Below, in pieces: positions 11,816 through 23,599 of a stretch of 64,000 nt of DNA. Every line of letters begins with the position of its first letter. The first letter of the stretch is position 1. The notes beneath the pieces were generated by a model. That model saw nothing but the letters and a program-made list of their open reading frames with translations, was not told the origin of the DNA and did not search any database. The position numbers and the translations under genes are program-made. The stretch is from Sphyrna mokarran. Lineage: Eukaryota. Where the stretch lies: positions 78,740,001 to 78,804,000 of the forward strand of contig JAGIQG010000006.1 of assembly GCA_024679065.1 (NCBI GenBank), given 5' to 3'.

Positions 11816-13429
11816 AAATAAGAGGTACTTTCACCTTGGGATGATGGAATACTGTTCACTGTGAGAGTGGGTGGGGTGGATGAATAATAATGGAGGAAAT
11901 CAAGTAAAACTTACAATCTATAAACATGATGTAAGGGTTCAAAAGAGTCATAATAAACTCAAAATATTAACCCTGTTTCTTTCTCTACACATGCTGCCAG
12001 ACCTGTAGAGTTTATCAGCATTTTTTTATTTAGATCTTCAACACATGCAGTTTATTACAACGTGTGTCATTGAGTCACAACATTATGATCTCTCCGCTGG
12101 TCAAACACTCTTGCAGTAACTTTTGAATCATTCAAACTCATCCCAGAAACTATCTGAATTAATTTCTCCAGATTGTCCTAGAGATATGAGACAAATAGTC
12201 AAAATAATGGACAATACCTGAAATGTACAGGTAGTTAGTTGCCCTGGCTGGTTGCCCTGTAAAAGCAGCATCTTACCTATAATCTCACTGCTATTTTTAA
12301 GAACTTTCTAGATTTGCACATTAATTGGCCATTAAATTTGCTACAACCGCCCCTGTTAACAGCATAGGTACACTTTTAACAATATGATAATCATTAATGA
12401 AATGCCTTTCAATCTGTTTGTCCCAGAAAGGAAAGTGTCATGTCTTCTGGTTCCAATAAATTAGAAATAATCACACTTTTGAATTCAAAGTAGTGCACTT
12501 TTGTCGAGCGTATTTCTTTCAGCTTTCCATGATGGACTGATAGATTGACATGTTGTTACTTGGCACATGTCTGCAATGCTGCAGCGAATGTGACACCCTG
12601 AGATATATATTCACATATGACAGGATTTTTTATGGATGATGGGGTCTCCTGCTTCGCCACCAGAGGAGTCAACTAGGAACACACTTGCAACCATTTGATG
12701 CTCAATGAGGCATTGATTTCTTAAGACCGAGACTTCACCCACATCTAGGGAGGAAATGCTACCATAGAGAACTTCATATTAAATATTCAATATTCAAATG
12801 CTCGACTAAGGATCATTTTTGCTGGTGGTGAATCCATGCTCTACCAAGTGGGAGGCTGCCGGCTGAATGCAGGCAGCCTCCCAGCAGCAGCCTAGAGAAG
12901 GAATGTTTATTCATAGAGGGGGCCAGAATCAGGGAAGCCAGTTTCTGTGGCTCAGTGATTGTAGGTATGTACCCCTTTATCTGCTGTCCCAAAATACAGA
13001 TGTACCCAAAAACTAGCTGTGTTCGAAGCTAGTGCTTTGGATAGAAATTTGAGTAAAATGATTTTATTGTTTATTTTTCATGATTTATATATTATAAGTA
13101 TATGTTCGGCCTAGGACCCAAAATCCATAAAATCCCCAAATTCGGTACACATCCAATCCTGAGCTTCCTAATATGGAGCTCGCTATCTGTACCTCAATGT
13201 AATTTCCCCTCCCTCCATCTAACGTTTGAATTATTTTGGTGAAAGCTGCATGGCCTCTGATGAGTTGCTGACTAATCAGATTGGTCAGCAGCACTCTGAA
13301 AGAAGACTTCTTCCCAAGGAAGAGGCACAAGTCCTGTCTCCAGCTAATTAATGCTTCACAGAGGGGCTGCCAACATGAATGGTGGGTGGGAAACTTCACC
13401 ATCTGAAAAATCCTGCCCGACGTATCATA

Positions 13430-14135
13430 TGATAGACTTGATAGTTAAATTAGAACCCAGGAAATTGAAATGTTATTGGCAGGGTGTTATTATAATATCC
13501 AATTACAAACTTGGCTAAATGGCAAAAGTGGTTTGTTTTTCAGACAGCAGGAAGTATAGGGTGGTATTCACCACTTGCTGGTATTGTAACGATTGCTCTT
13601 TTGGTTTACTGGACTTGGATGAGAGGGGATAATTTGAAAATAAACAGATGGTGTGAAATTCAGAAGCGTAGTATCAACGAGGAACATAGTAACAGACTGT
13701 AGGAGGACACAGACAGAAAGATGAAATGGAACTCACAGAGGAAGAATCAGGCCAGTCAATGTGGCACAATTTTAAAAAGAATTCAAGAACAGAGGAAAAT
13801 GAGACATTATGTGCAAATCTTTGAAGGTAGCATGACAAGTTCATAAGGAGGCTTTTTTAAAAAAAACATAGAATTTGTGGCTTTATTAATCGTGGCCTAG
13901 AGTAGAATGACAAGTAAGAAATGCAAAAACTTTTCAAAACATGTCAGCTGAAGTCTTGAGTTAATACTGGGTACCACACTTTACAAATGATGTCAAGGCC
14001 TTGGAGAGGCGCAGTGGAGATTTACTATAATGGTACTAAGAATGAAAGACTACTGTTATGTTAGGTAAAGGCATCATTATTCTCATTGCAGCAGAGCAGA
14101 TAAACAGGACATTTAATTGAGATATACTGAACTAT
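13430..14135 (+). mobile_element. Decayed CR1 LINE RT fragment
   Basis: Remnant motifs such as TACCACACTTTACAAATGATGTCAAGGCCTTGGAGAGGCGCAGTGGAGATTTAC (P.YRKD..ALERVQRRFT type). Confidence 0.6.
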
Positions 14136-14200
14136 GAAAGATAACAACAATTTGCATTAATGTAGCACATTTAATTGAATGAAACATTCTAAGGCATTCC

Positions 14201-14672
14201 GTAGAATCATAGAATCCCTACAGTACAGAATGAGGCCATTTGGCCCATTGAGCCCAACCAGCAACAAACTCACCCAGGCTTTAAGCCAGTAACACCACAT
14301 ATTTACCCCACTAATCCCCCTAACACTAAGGGGAAATTTAGCATAGCCAATCCACCTAATCTGCACATCCAGAAGGAGACCGGAGCACCCGGAGGAAACC
14401 CATTCTTTCCGCCTGATCCTACTGGAAAGATAGTTACATATTTGTTGGCAATAAAGCCCTTTGATCTTTAGCCTCATTGAATCACACTTGGTATATTCCA
14501 CTTAGGATGCTGAAAATCTGAATAAAGACAGAAAATGCTAGAAACACTCAGCACACCTGACAGTATCTGCGGAGGGAAGAATGTGCAAACTGCGCACAAA
14601 AAGATCACCTAAGGCCGGAATTGAACCTGCGTCCCTGGCGCTGTGGGGCAGCAATGCTAACCACTGTGCCGT
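14201..14672 (-). mobile_element. HE1/V-SINE-type SINE, interrupted by an insert at 14403-14580
   Basis: Tail AGAATCATAGAATCCCTACAGTACAGAA, core GGAGCACCCGGAGGAAACCCA, and the head resuming at GAATGTGCAAACT...GCTAACCACTGTGCC. Confidence 0.8.
14403..14580 (-). repeat. Inverted copy of 15397-15570
   Basis: TAGTTACATATTTGTTGGCAATAAAGCCCTTTGA is the reverse complement of TCAAAGGGCTTTATTGCCAACAAATATGTAACTA. Colinear over about 175 bp. Confidence 0.92.
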
Positions 14673-15956
14673 GTGCTGGGAAGAGCTATATAGCAGCTTT
14701 AATTTTTTTTAAATGATACCAAGCCACAAAAGGAAATGTCAGATCAGATCAGCCCATCAAGTCTACACCAACTCTCTGATAGAGCATCTTACCCAGACCC
14801 TATTCCCATAACCTTATATATTTACCCTGCTAATCTTACTTACTTATTTTGGAAGGGAACAACCTTAGGATCAGTTAAGACTTATCTAGGTAGCCTCATG
14901 AACAGACTAGAAATGGAGGGATACAAATGGATGGTCTAGTTAGAAACACATGATCAGTGCAGACCTGGAAAGCCGAAGGGCCTGTTCCTGCGCTGTATTG
15001 TTCTTTGTTTTAATCCCCTAATCTGCACTTCATAACATAAAAAGACGTGTCATGGTTCATTGTTGATTATATGTTCAAATGAAGAGACTCTAGCATTGCA
15101 GAGAAACATATTTTTTAGCAGGAATAACAAAACAAGAGGCAATGTTGTAGTAATTAAACAGATTTAGATAACTCAAACATCAAGATTCAGTACTTTTGGA
15201 ATGTTTTAATCAAGATGCCAATGGATAAATATCTGATTATCCCACAGCCTCGTCCATGTTTCCTTATGGACACTGAAGAATATACAATACTGTCTAACTG
15301 CATGAAGACTATTTTGACTTAGAATGATAAATTTCTCCTAGTTTGATGAGACTTTACAGTTAAATGAAAGATCATTGACCTGAAAGGTTAACTCAATTTC
15401 TCTCTCCACAGACATTGCCAGATGCCCTGAGTGTTCCTAGCATTTTCTGTTTTTATTCAGATTTTCAGCATCCTCCGTGGAATATGTCGAGGGTGATTCA
15501 ATGAGGCTTCAAAGGGCTTTATTGCCAACAAATATGTAACTATATTTCCAGCAGAGTCAGATGGAAATAACTATATTTCCAATGACTCTTCCTGTTATTC
15601 CTCATTGGAGGTAACTTTGGCTATATGAATTGCTCTCATTTTGCAGTGAAGGCTCACAGCCAGGAAGTTCAGATCAAGCTGAATAAAGTCTAAATAAGTA
15701 AAATGACTTCCAAAAAATTGGAAATCAGTTTGAAAGTAGTGAAATCAGTCTCTTAGAATAGGTCCCATGAGCATGAGCCTTCAGCTGGCTGGCCACAGTC
15801 TTTGCAGTTTAATTCTTTATAGGCTTCTCGTATGCCAGTTTCATTAAACAATGACTCCTTATTCTACTTCTGCCTTGCTGACTCTGACTATTTCCGCTTG
15901 GCTTTAGCAACCAGTGTGCTGCTGTTAAACACAAAACCCTGGGTTAAAGTCTAAGT

Positions 15957-17165
15957 CAGATTTGTCCAACACACAACCTGCAAACCACTGCGCAACCCAC
16001 CAGCCCTTTCTATCTGGCCCGCAGGTATGTTCAAAATGCCAGTAAGCGAATTTGAAGATTTTTCAAAGTATTTCTCCTCCAATCAATCACAGGCCAATTT
16101 CTCTGCCATATTTGCTGTTGTTAGGATCATTAGTGAACGAATCAGCAACAAAAGTGGAAGAGGATTAGTCTCTAGTGGAGGAACAACTTTCTTCAGCCTG
16201 AGGCTTGCATATATAGCACAATGCCTGTGGTCAGTCTTCTGGGGAGGGAGGGAGGTTTCCAGGATATGGGAAAGAGTCAAAGTGTTTGCTGGGCACTGGG
16301 GAAGTAGCTGCTGAGTAGGGAAGGAGTGTCTGCTGGGCAAGGCCACAGTGGTTGCTGGGTAAAGCCAGAGTGCTTGTTGGGCTGGGCCATATTGGCTGTG
16401 AGTTGGGGGAAAGTCCCTGCACAGTGGAGATGGAGCGGCTGCAAGCAGGAATAGAGTGGTTGCTGGGTATTGCTAGAGTGGCTGCTCAGCAGAGAGGGGT
16501 GGGAAAGAAGTGACTATAGGGCCAGGGGATGAAACTTGGTGGGAGATTGGGGGGTGGGGGTGGAGGGAAATTGGCACTGGTTGAGGGAGAGAAGCTGGCA
16601 TATGTGTGTGGATGAGAGTGTGTGTGTGTCTGTGTGTGGGTGAGAGTGTGTGTGTATCTGCATGTGAGTGAGAATGAGTGTGCGCATATGAGAGTGTGAA
16701 AAAGATTGTATGAGTTTGTATAAGAATGTGAGTAACGGTGTGTCTGTGTGAGTGACAGTTTGTGTGTGTGAGTGATTGTGTGTGTGCGAGCAAGAGTGTG
16801 AGTATGAGTGAGACTTTGAGAGTGTTCACTCCCAGTCTCAGGATTCACACTCATCTTCACTGTCGTGCAACAACATACTCATACAATGGATGTGAGTGAA
16901 TAACTACCCTGAGAGTGAGAGTGACCCTCTAGAACTCTAATGGTCATCTTTATTAATTACTCATCATTTTAAATTATCAATTTATTGCTTTGACATTAAT
17001 TCGTTTTTGTTCAGAATGTTGCTTCTTTTCTTCAGACCACAACATTTAGTTGAAATTTATCTTAATATTGTCCCAAATATTATCTTTTCCAAATTTGTTC
17101 ATGGCCTCTTGAGCGAAATAAAAAAGTGAAATGTGGCCACTTGCACAAAAGGTTGGACAATCCTG
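15957..17165. mobile_element. Non-autonomous hAT (Charlie-like) DNA transposon containing a degenerate (TG)n tract
   Basis: TIRs CAGATTTGTCCAAC (15957) and GTTGGACAATCCTG (to 17165). Flanks GTCTAAGT and TCCTAAGT resemble an 8-bp TSD. Confidence 0.6.
16600..16830. repeat. Degenerate (TG)n/(GAGTGT)n microsatellite
   Basis: Visible GT-rich tandem array. Explains the His/Thr-rich spurious ORFs in the track. Confidence 0.85.
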
Positions 17166-19556
17166 TCCTAAGTTAACAATGTATTTCTAATCAAAATTAC
17201 TTATACCTGACTCCTCCACATGGGTTTCTCACTTACTTACACATTCTCCAGGGTTAAACCTGAAAGTGGGTGGAATACTTGATGCCATTTTGTGGATCTT
17301 TATTTCCCTGCTGCAGCCAGTCCTTGCCGGCCCCTCATCTCACCATTCCCCCTTGGTAGTTAAAATTCTGCCTATTATCTCAAAGTTTTTCCATCATCAT
17401 TGAAGTCTTTTTTGCTGATATAACCTATATAATTGTTGTATTATATATTACTAGAATTGTTGTGCGAAGAATCCCATCAGTGTAAAAAAAAACCTTATCT
17501 TTCTTTTAAAAATGAAAATAAAGATACTCAACTATCTTCTACGTGCACAATGACAATGTACTCTGATTAATACCAATGTAATCTCTAGTACATTAAATAG
17601 ACACCATGACAAAGAAATCTAAGACTGTTATAAGTATAACTGTCAATAACTGGCCAACAGATTTTCTCTCTGTTGTGCATCAAACACGCCAATGTAATTC
17701 ACTTTTTACCATCACACCATTCTATATTTTGACTCTACTCGTTCTATTCCATATCTGGATATGTTAGATCTTGTGGTCTTTGAGCAACATTAAAAACAAT
17801 TCTAAACAAAGAAATCTTCCATAATAGTAAATTTTTGGGTAAGTATTTCAGATTTGATGATTAGATGATGTTACCCACTCTATATTCTGTACGTGCAGCA
17901 ATGCTGTCACTGTGATAGGTATTGACTTTATTTAAAATAGATTCAGGCTCTAAAAGTTATTAGTGTAAATCTCACAGATTGACTCTTTGCTCCTGTCTTT
18001 TTCATGTGAACTCGCTAGCAGTTTAACAGCATCAGTAGACATGGGATCAGCTTTCACATGCACACTAATAACACCTAGTTTACCTCTCTACTACCTATCT
18101 GGACTCCTGGATTGCCTCTATGCTGTCATCCAATCACACTGTCTTCCATTAAACTGAGAAGACTGAAGCCAACATCTTCTGCTCCTGCCACAAACTCATA
18201 CTATTATTACCTCCAATCACTGATTCAGGATAAAACCAATACCTCCTTCACAAAGAATGTCTACTTCCAGCTCTATACTTCCTATCTCTGCTTCTATCAC
18301 AGCCCATTTATAGTACAAAGCGTGTTCCATTTCAGCCTGTGTCACCTCCAATCTTGACTATTTGCAAACACTTCTGGTCAGCCTTTCACCTAAACCAAGC
18401 TTCTACTATAACTCAATTTTAATCCAGTTAAAACCAAGTGCAAAATTGCAAACATATAGATAATTGTCCATAACATTACACTTATTCTAGGGAAGTATTT
18501 ACCTGAAATTTTTATTTACTTCTTAACATGATATAAAGTGAGATTTTTTTGAAGAAATGTAATTCTTTAATCTGAATCTAGGCTGCAAGATTTCAACACT
18601 AATCTGGAAACAAAGCTTAAAAAAATGATGTTCCACATCAGATTTCAGAAGTGGCAGCCAGGTGGTCACCCAGTTGGAGGATGTATATAGTTTTCTGTTA
18701 TAAGTATAAACACTTGGGTATAAGTACTTTTCTGCATGTGTTCTCAAAAAACCTATATCCCCTAAAGGTAGACAGCCATATCTTGATGGACTCCTGTAAA
18801 TGTTGTTGCAATGAACTATTACTTTTATCAACATTCCCAGGCAATGACATTTCACGATGCACTTACAATGTGTATTGAAAATCCCTTGATTCAATGTCAC
18901 CAATGAGCAAGGTGATAAACAATGAGTGAAAGAATGCGGCTGTTTAGCTCAGTTAGCTAGGTGGCTAGTGTTTCCCCACTCTAGCCCTGTGTGGAAGGTA
19001 ACGACAACCCACCACTGACCAAAAACAACAGCTGTGGGTGAGGAACTAGTCACTGGGGTAAGGACCTGTCTTTCGGGCAGAACACCAGCGAATTGAAAGC
19101 TGCTGAACTGATAGCACTAGTAAAGGATTTAGCATCTTCAAACTCTTCCTTCAGTGCAGCTTATATGTTATGTATCCTTTTCTTTTTCAGGTTGAACGGC
19201 TGAACTGAAATTGATGACATATTTTATACCAAAGATTATAGTACTGAGATTGTTTTCAATGGCTGATTGAACTGTAAATACAATTGAGAGACAAAGATGA
19301 AATGGTTTATGGTGAGAGGCAGTTTTTCATTGAATCTTGAACCAAATTCTGTTCTTTCATCCCCACTAAATAGTAGAAAAATTCTGTTTGTACTTCTGTA
19401 AACATGAGATTTAATTGTAATAAAAGAAATTCAGTGCAGCAGCGAGGGAGTAGCTCATTATTGCTGGCAATGTCTTTTGAATGATATTTTAAATCAAAAC
19501 TTTGCCTGCTCATTTATAGCAATATGAACAATATTTGAAGATGAACAGGGGAATTT

Positions 19557-19728
19557 TCCTAACCCACACATCTTTGGGCTCTGGGAGGAAATCGGAGTAC
19601 CTGGAGGAAACCCACATAGACACGAGGAGAACGTGCAATCTCCACACAGACAGTGACTCAAGCTGGGAATCGAACCCAGATCCCTGGAGCTGTGAAGCAG
19701 CAATGCTAACCACTGTGCTACTGTGCTG
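19557..19728 (-). mobile_element. HE1/V-SINE-type SINE, 5' part
   Basis: GGAGGAAACCCACATAGACACG...GGAATCGAACCC...GCTAACCACTGTGCTAC. Confidence 0.8.
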
Positions 19729-19744
19729 TTTGACCTAATGTCAT

Positions 19745-20390
19745 CAAAATTTGTGGAGTCCAGAGTCAATGTTGATGAGGACTCCTGGGACCACTCCTCC
19801 AGATTTATTTACCACTGTACTGCCATCACTGGTTGTCTGAACCACCAAAGGGACCAGACACACTCAGGTACTGAGTCTGGGACATTGGCTGTAAAGTATG
19901 ATTTCATGAGTGTGTCAGGCTGTTGCTTGACTAGTCTTTGGGTCAGCTCTCCTAAGTTTGGCACAAGTCCCCAGATATTAATGAAGAGGACTTGCAATGT
20001 TGACTGATCTGGTGCCTAGGTCGATGCTGAGCAGCTTGTCTGGTCTTGTTTAATTTTTGATATAGCTGAGTGGCTTGCTGGGTCGTATCAGAGAGAAGTT
20101 CTGCGTTAACCAGATTGCTGTTGGTCTGGAGTCGCCTACAGACCAGATTGGGTAAGGATGGTAGATATTCTTCCACAAAGGGCATTAAGTGAAACAGATG
20201 GGTTTTACCACAATCCAGTAATTTCATGATCATCATCTCTAAGACTAGCTTTTTAATCCAGATTTATTAATTAATTGAATTTAAATTCCCTCAGCTGCCA
20301 TGTGAGAGTTTGAACTAGTGTCCCCAGAGCATTTGTCTGGGTCCCTGCATCACTGGTCCAGTAACATTACTACTATGTTACTGTTCTCCT
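19745..20390 (-). mobile_element. 5' end of an APE-type non-LTR retrotransposon with a tRNA-like head
   Basis: Minus strand shows an A/B-box-like head, a UTR shared with 46975-47330, then NIWGLVPNLGELTQRLVKQQPD, an APE endonuclease N-terminus (ORF 19809-19997). Confidence 0.6.
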
Positions 20391-21136
20391 GAATTACATC
20401 TGTACTCCCTGATCCAATTAACTCCCATACTCGAATTCCACTTCACTTGATCCTAACTTCCCATATTCAATACCTCAGGATATTGACAACTATTATATAT
20501 AACTACAAATAATAATTAATGTAATGAATGTTTTGTTAACAACATTCTCTTCAGAGGTTTCAGTCAAAGATATTGTGCTTTCCTCTAATTGTTTCTGATA
20601 TTTGAATCCTTTGATTTAACTGTCTTATAATCATAATTATTTTTATCCTAACAATAAACAAGGAATACAATGCAGTGAATTCCAAAATCATAGTGATAAC
20701 AATACCAGTGTGGTATTGTTCATAGTAAAGTCAGTAGCACTATTAGCCTCAGACTATAAACAAATGAACTAGTCATTCAACTGATTGTTTTTGCTATGTG
20801 CAAGTTGACTTTCTGCATTTACCTAAAGAAGTTACTCCAGTTCAAAATAACTCAGGGCAATGCAGTAGTTTAGAACCTCTTTAAGAGAGAGTAATAAATG
20901 GCATAAAGTACAAAAGTCTATTTATGTTCATTTTTGTGGATCCATATACCTGCTGACATATTTTCTGCATTTTCTAGAATACAGTTGAGATGCACCAAGT
21001 TTCACCAACAAAGAGAAAAGAAAATAAGTAGATGTTTTCTGGGGAAAGTGGAATATTTGAGAAAAGACTTGAAAATAATAAATATAAAAGGGGAGTTTCG
21101 AATTGTGGATTTAGGGGGAGCAGAACATTAGGTAAA

Positions 21137-21250
21137 ATGAGAAAACAAAAATAAAAAAAGGACCAGGCAAGAAGAAGAATAAAAAGGACCAGGCAAGAAT
21201 GAGAAAACAAAAATAAAAGGGACCAGGCAAGAAGGAGAAAAGAAGAATAA
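21137..21250 (+). repeat. Purine-rich imperfect tandem repeat upstream of HABP4 (three copies of GGACCAGGCAAGAA)
   Basis: Three GGACCAGGCAAGAA units and two ATGAGAAAACAAAAATAAAA units. Confidence 0.8.
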
Positions 21251-21359
21251 AAGGGGAGAGGAGGATTTAGGCGAATTGATGAAGGTGGGAAGTATTTTTT
21301 ATTGGGGATGATGTTTGTGGAGTGTGAGGTGCTAGTTGTTCACTCAGAGTTTGTCTGAA

Positions 21360-21513
21360 GTGGGGGAGGGAGGTAAATAAAGGCGCCATATTGGGAGTGT
21401 GGGCCGGCCGGAGGAGGAGCTCCGGGAAAGCTGGAGAAGCCCGAGCAGAATAGAGTTATAAACCGGTGTGAGGAGGGGGAGGCGGCGGTAGGCGGTAGGG
21501 AGGGAGCAGGGCT
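21360..21513 (+). promoter_or_regulatory. HABP4 promoter / 5' UTR, start of CpG island
   Basis: YY1-type GCGCCATATT 21383-21392, TATAAA-like element near 21457, GC boxes. The CpG island extends to about 22000. Confidence 0.55.
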
Positions 21514-21883
21514 ATGAAAGGAGTTATTTTGGCCGCTCCCGCTGCCGCCATGCAGGAGACTTTCGGCTGCGCCGTCACCAATCGCTTTGACCAGCTGCTT
21601 GACGACGAGTCGGACCCGTTCGACATCCTGCGGGAGGCCGAGGAGAAGAAGCAGAAGAAGAAAAAGGAGGAGGGAGGCCGGAAAAGCAGGGCCGGAGCCG
21701 GGAGCGGGGCCTCCGGCGCCACCTCGGCCGCGGCCGCCGCCGCCGCCTCCAACGCGGCCAAAGCCGGCAGAAGGGAGTCTCAGAAGGCCCGCAAGATCCC
21801 GGCCGGCAGCGAGGCCGGCAGCAGGCCCGGGGCAGCCGGTGGCACCGAGAATGTCTTCATGGGCAGCGGGCAGAGGAGAGAAG
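21514..21883 (+). CDS. HABP4: HABP4 (Ki-1/57) coding exon 1 ([43 protein letters not shown]...[10 protein letters not shown]...)
   Basis: IHABP4_N motif [24 protein letters not shown] with the HABP4-type MKG leader. Phase-1 donor GAA G|gtccgt matches exon 2. Lies between ZNF367 and CDC14B. Confidence 0.9.
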
Positions 21884-22157
21884 GTCCGTATCCCCTTCCC
21901 CGGGCTCTGCGGCACCCGGATCAGATAACCAGGGAGGAGTGCAGGCCGCCCGGGGGAGGAAGGGGGTTGGGGGGTGGATAGTGAGCAGCGACCGGCGAGT
22001 CAAACTTACTCCTTTTGTAAAAATGTCGGGCAGGAGTGCGAATGCAGTTTTGGGTTTAATATCTATTTTAAAAAAAAAACTCCGCACATGGTAAAATGCA
22101 GCATTCAGTAGGAAATTCATTAATTAGCTTGCAAAGAGGGTTTGAACTGAGCAGCGT

Positions 22158-22230
22158 GGGGGGGGGGGGGGGTGAGGCGCTGTCTGGGGGGGGGGGGGGG
22201 GGGGGGTTGGGGCGGTGGGCGAGGGGGGTT
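22158..22230 (+). repeat. Long poly-G runs in HABP4 intron 1 (G-quadruplex potential)
   Basis: Two homopolymer G tracts of more than 12 nt plus further GGG runs. Confidence 0.75.
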
Positions 22231-22319
22231 ACCCGTGCCTAGATGGGGAGGGTGCAAAGCTGGTGTGTGGTTCTGGGTGGAGGGGATGCCTGGGTGGTTC
22301 ATGGGTCTGGGTGGAGGAG

Positions 22320-23160
22320 GAGATGGATTGCATTGCTTTTAGGAAGTGGGTTTCAGGATTTTGATCCTGTAGCAGTGAAGGAATGGACATATAGTTAGTT
22401 CCAAGTCAGGATGATGTGTGGTTTGGGGGTGGTGCATTTTGCAGGTGGTATCAGATGTGTGGCCCTTGTTTTCCTAAAGTGTAGACACTTTGGGGGGTCT
22501 GTGGGTTGGGGTGGGGAGAAGTGGAGGGGGCTGTCAAAGTATCCCTGATGAGTTACTTCAATGTATCTTGTTGTTCGTGTATACTGATGCCATTGCATCA
22601 CTGATGGAGGACTGAATGTGTGTGTTGATGACTGAGTTCAGTTCAAGCAGGTCACTTTTTCCTGAAGAGTGTCATGCTTCTTGAGTGCTGTTGGAGCTGC
22701 ACCCGTTCAGGGCAAGTGCAGAATATTCTGTCACTTCCCTGACTTTTGGATAGTGGGTAAGCTTTGATGTGTTAGGTGGTGAGTTACACGCCTCAGAATT
22801 CCAGCCTCTGATTGATATTGGTAGGCACTGTATTACATGACTGCTTCAGTTTCATTTTTCTCATCCTTGGTTAATCCCTAGGATGTTGATATTGGAGGAT
22901 TCAGCAATGGTAAAGCCTTGACTACCAAAAGCAAGTTAGATATTCTCATGTTGGAAATAATCACTGCCTCTCACTTGATGCATGAATGTTATTTCCATCA
23001 ATCCAAGCCTGAATATCATCCTGGACTTGCTGCATATAAACACGAACAGCTTCAATATTTTGAGTTGTGAATGGCATTGTATACATATAATCAGCAAACA
23101 TCCCTACTAATCTTGTGGAGGGACAGTCATGGATGAGGCAGCTGAAGATGGTCGAACTAT
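22320..23160 (-). mobile_element. Decayed non-LTR retrotransposon RT/3' fragment
   Basis: Similar to 32740-33060 (shared GAAGG..ATTGA...CAG.TGAAGAT.GT.G motif). Heavily mutated. Confidence 0.5.
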
Positions 23161-23199
23161 GATCCCCTATCCTGGTTCCCTTTGTCTGTTACTTCAAAA

Positions 23200-23300
23200 C
23201 AAAGTAAGAAGTCTCAACATCAGGTTAAAGTCCACTTTAACTTAGTATTGTGAAATTTGTTACTGTGCTTACCCCAGTCCAATGCTGGCATCTCCGTACC
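23200..23300. mobile_element. Minimal collapsed Penelope-terminus palindrome
   Basis: AGTAAGAAGTCTCAACATCAGGTTAAAGT-CC-ACTTTAACTTAGTATTGTGAAATTTGTTACT, followed by CCCCAGTCCAATGCTGGCATCTCC. Confidence 0.65.
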
Positions 23301-23599
23301 AAGTCAAAATATCCCACGTACAAGCCAATTTGTACGTGGCAAGGGAAGAGAAATGAGTTTCTGAATTCTACTTGTTTGGGACCTTACTTCATAATCGCTT
23401 GAGCTTAAAGACTGCTTACTTGCAGCTTTGCAAAATTAGCTGCATCAGTCCATTTTTCTGCCCTTGGATGCCTTTGTCAACTCCAGATTCCAGCATTCTG
23501 GTCAGCCTGTGTCATCAGAGCCACAATCTTCAGTTGTTTAGCCAATACTCTGGAATTCCTTTTCTTTCTTTGAAACCCTCCTTTAGCCAGGCTTTAAAA

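Noticed and set aside
13257-13320. CTGATGA-long hairpin-GAAA resembling a hammerhead ribozyme
   Set aside because: Helix I cannot form (GCATGGCCT does not pair with CCCAAGG) and helix II closure is off-register. Probably a palindromic repeat remnant.
16473-16860. His/Thr-rich ORFs of 118 and 124 aa
   Set aside because: They are translations of a (CA)n-type microsatellite.
21340-21928. Antisense and alternate-frame ORFs over HABP4 exon 1
   Set aside because: By-products of a stop-poor CpG island, with no independent support.
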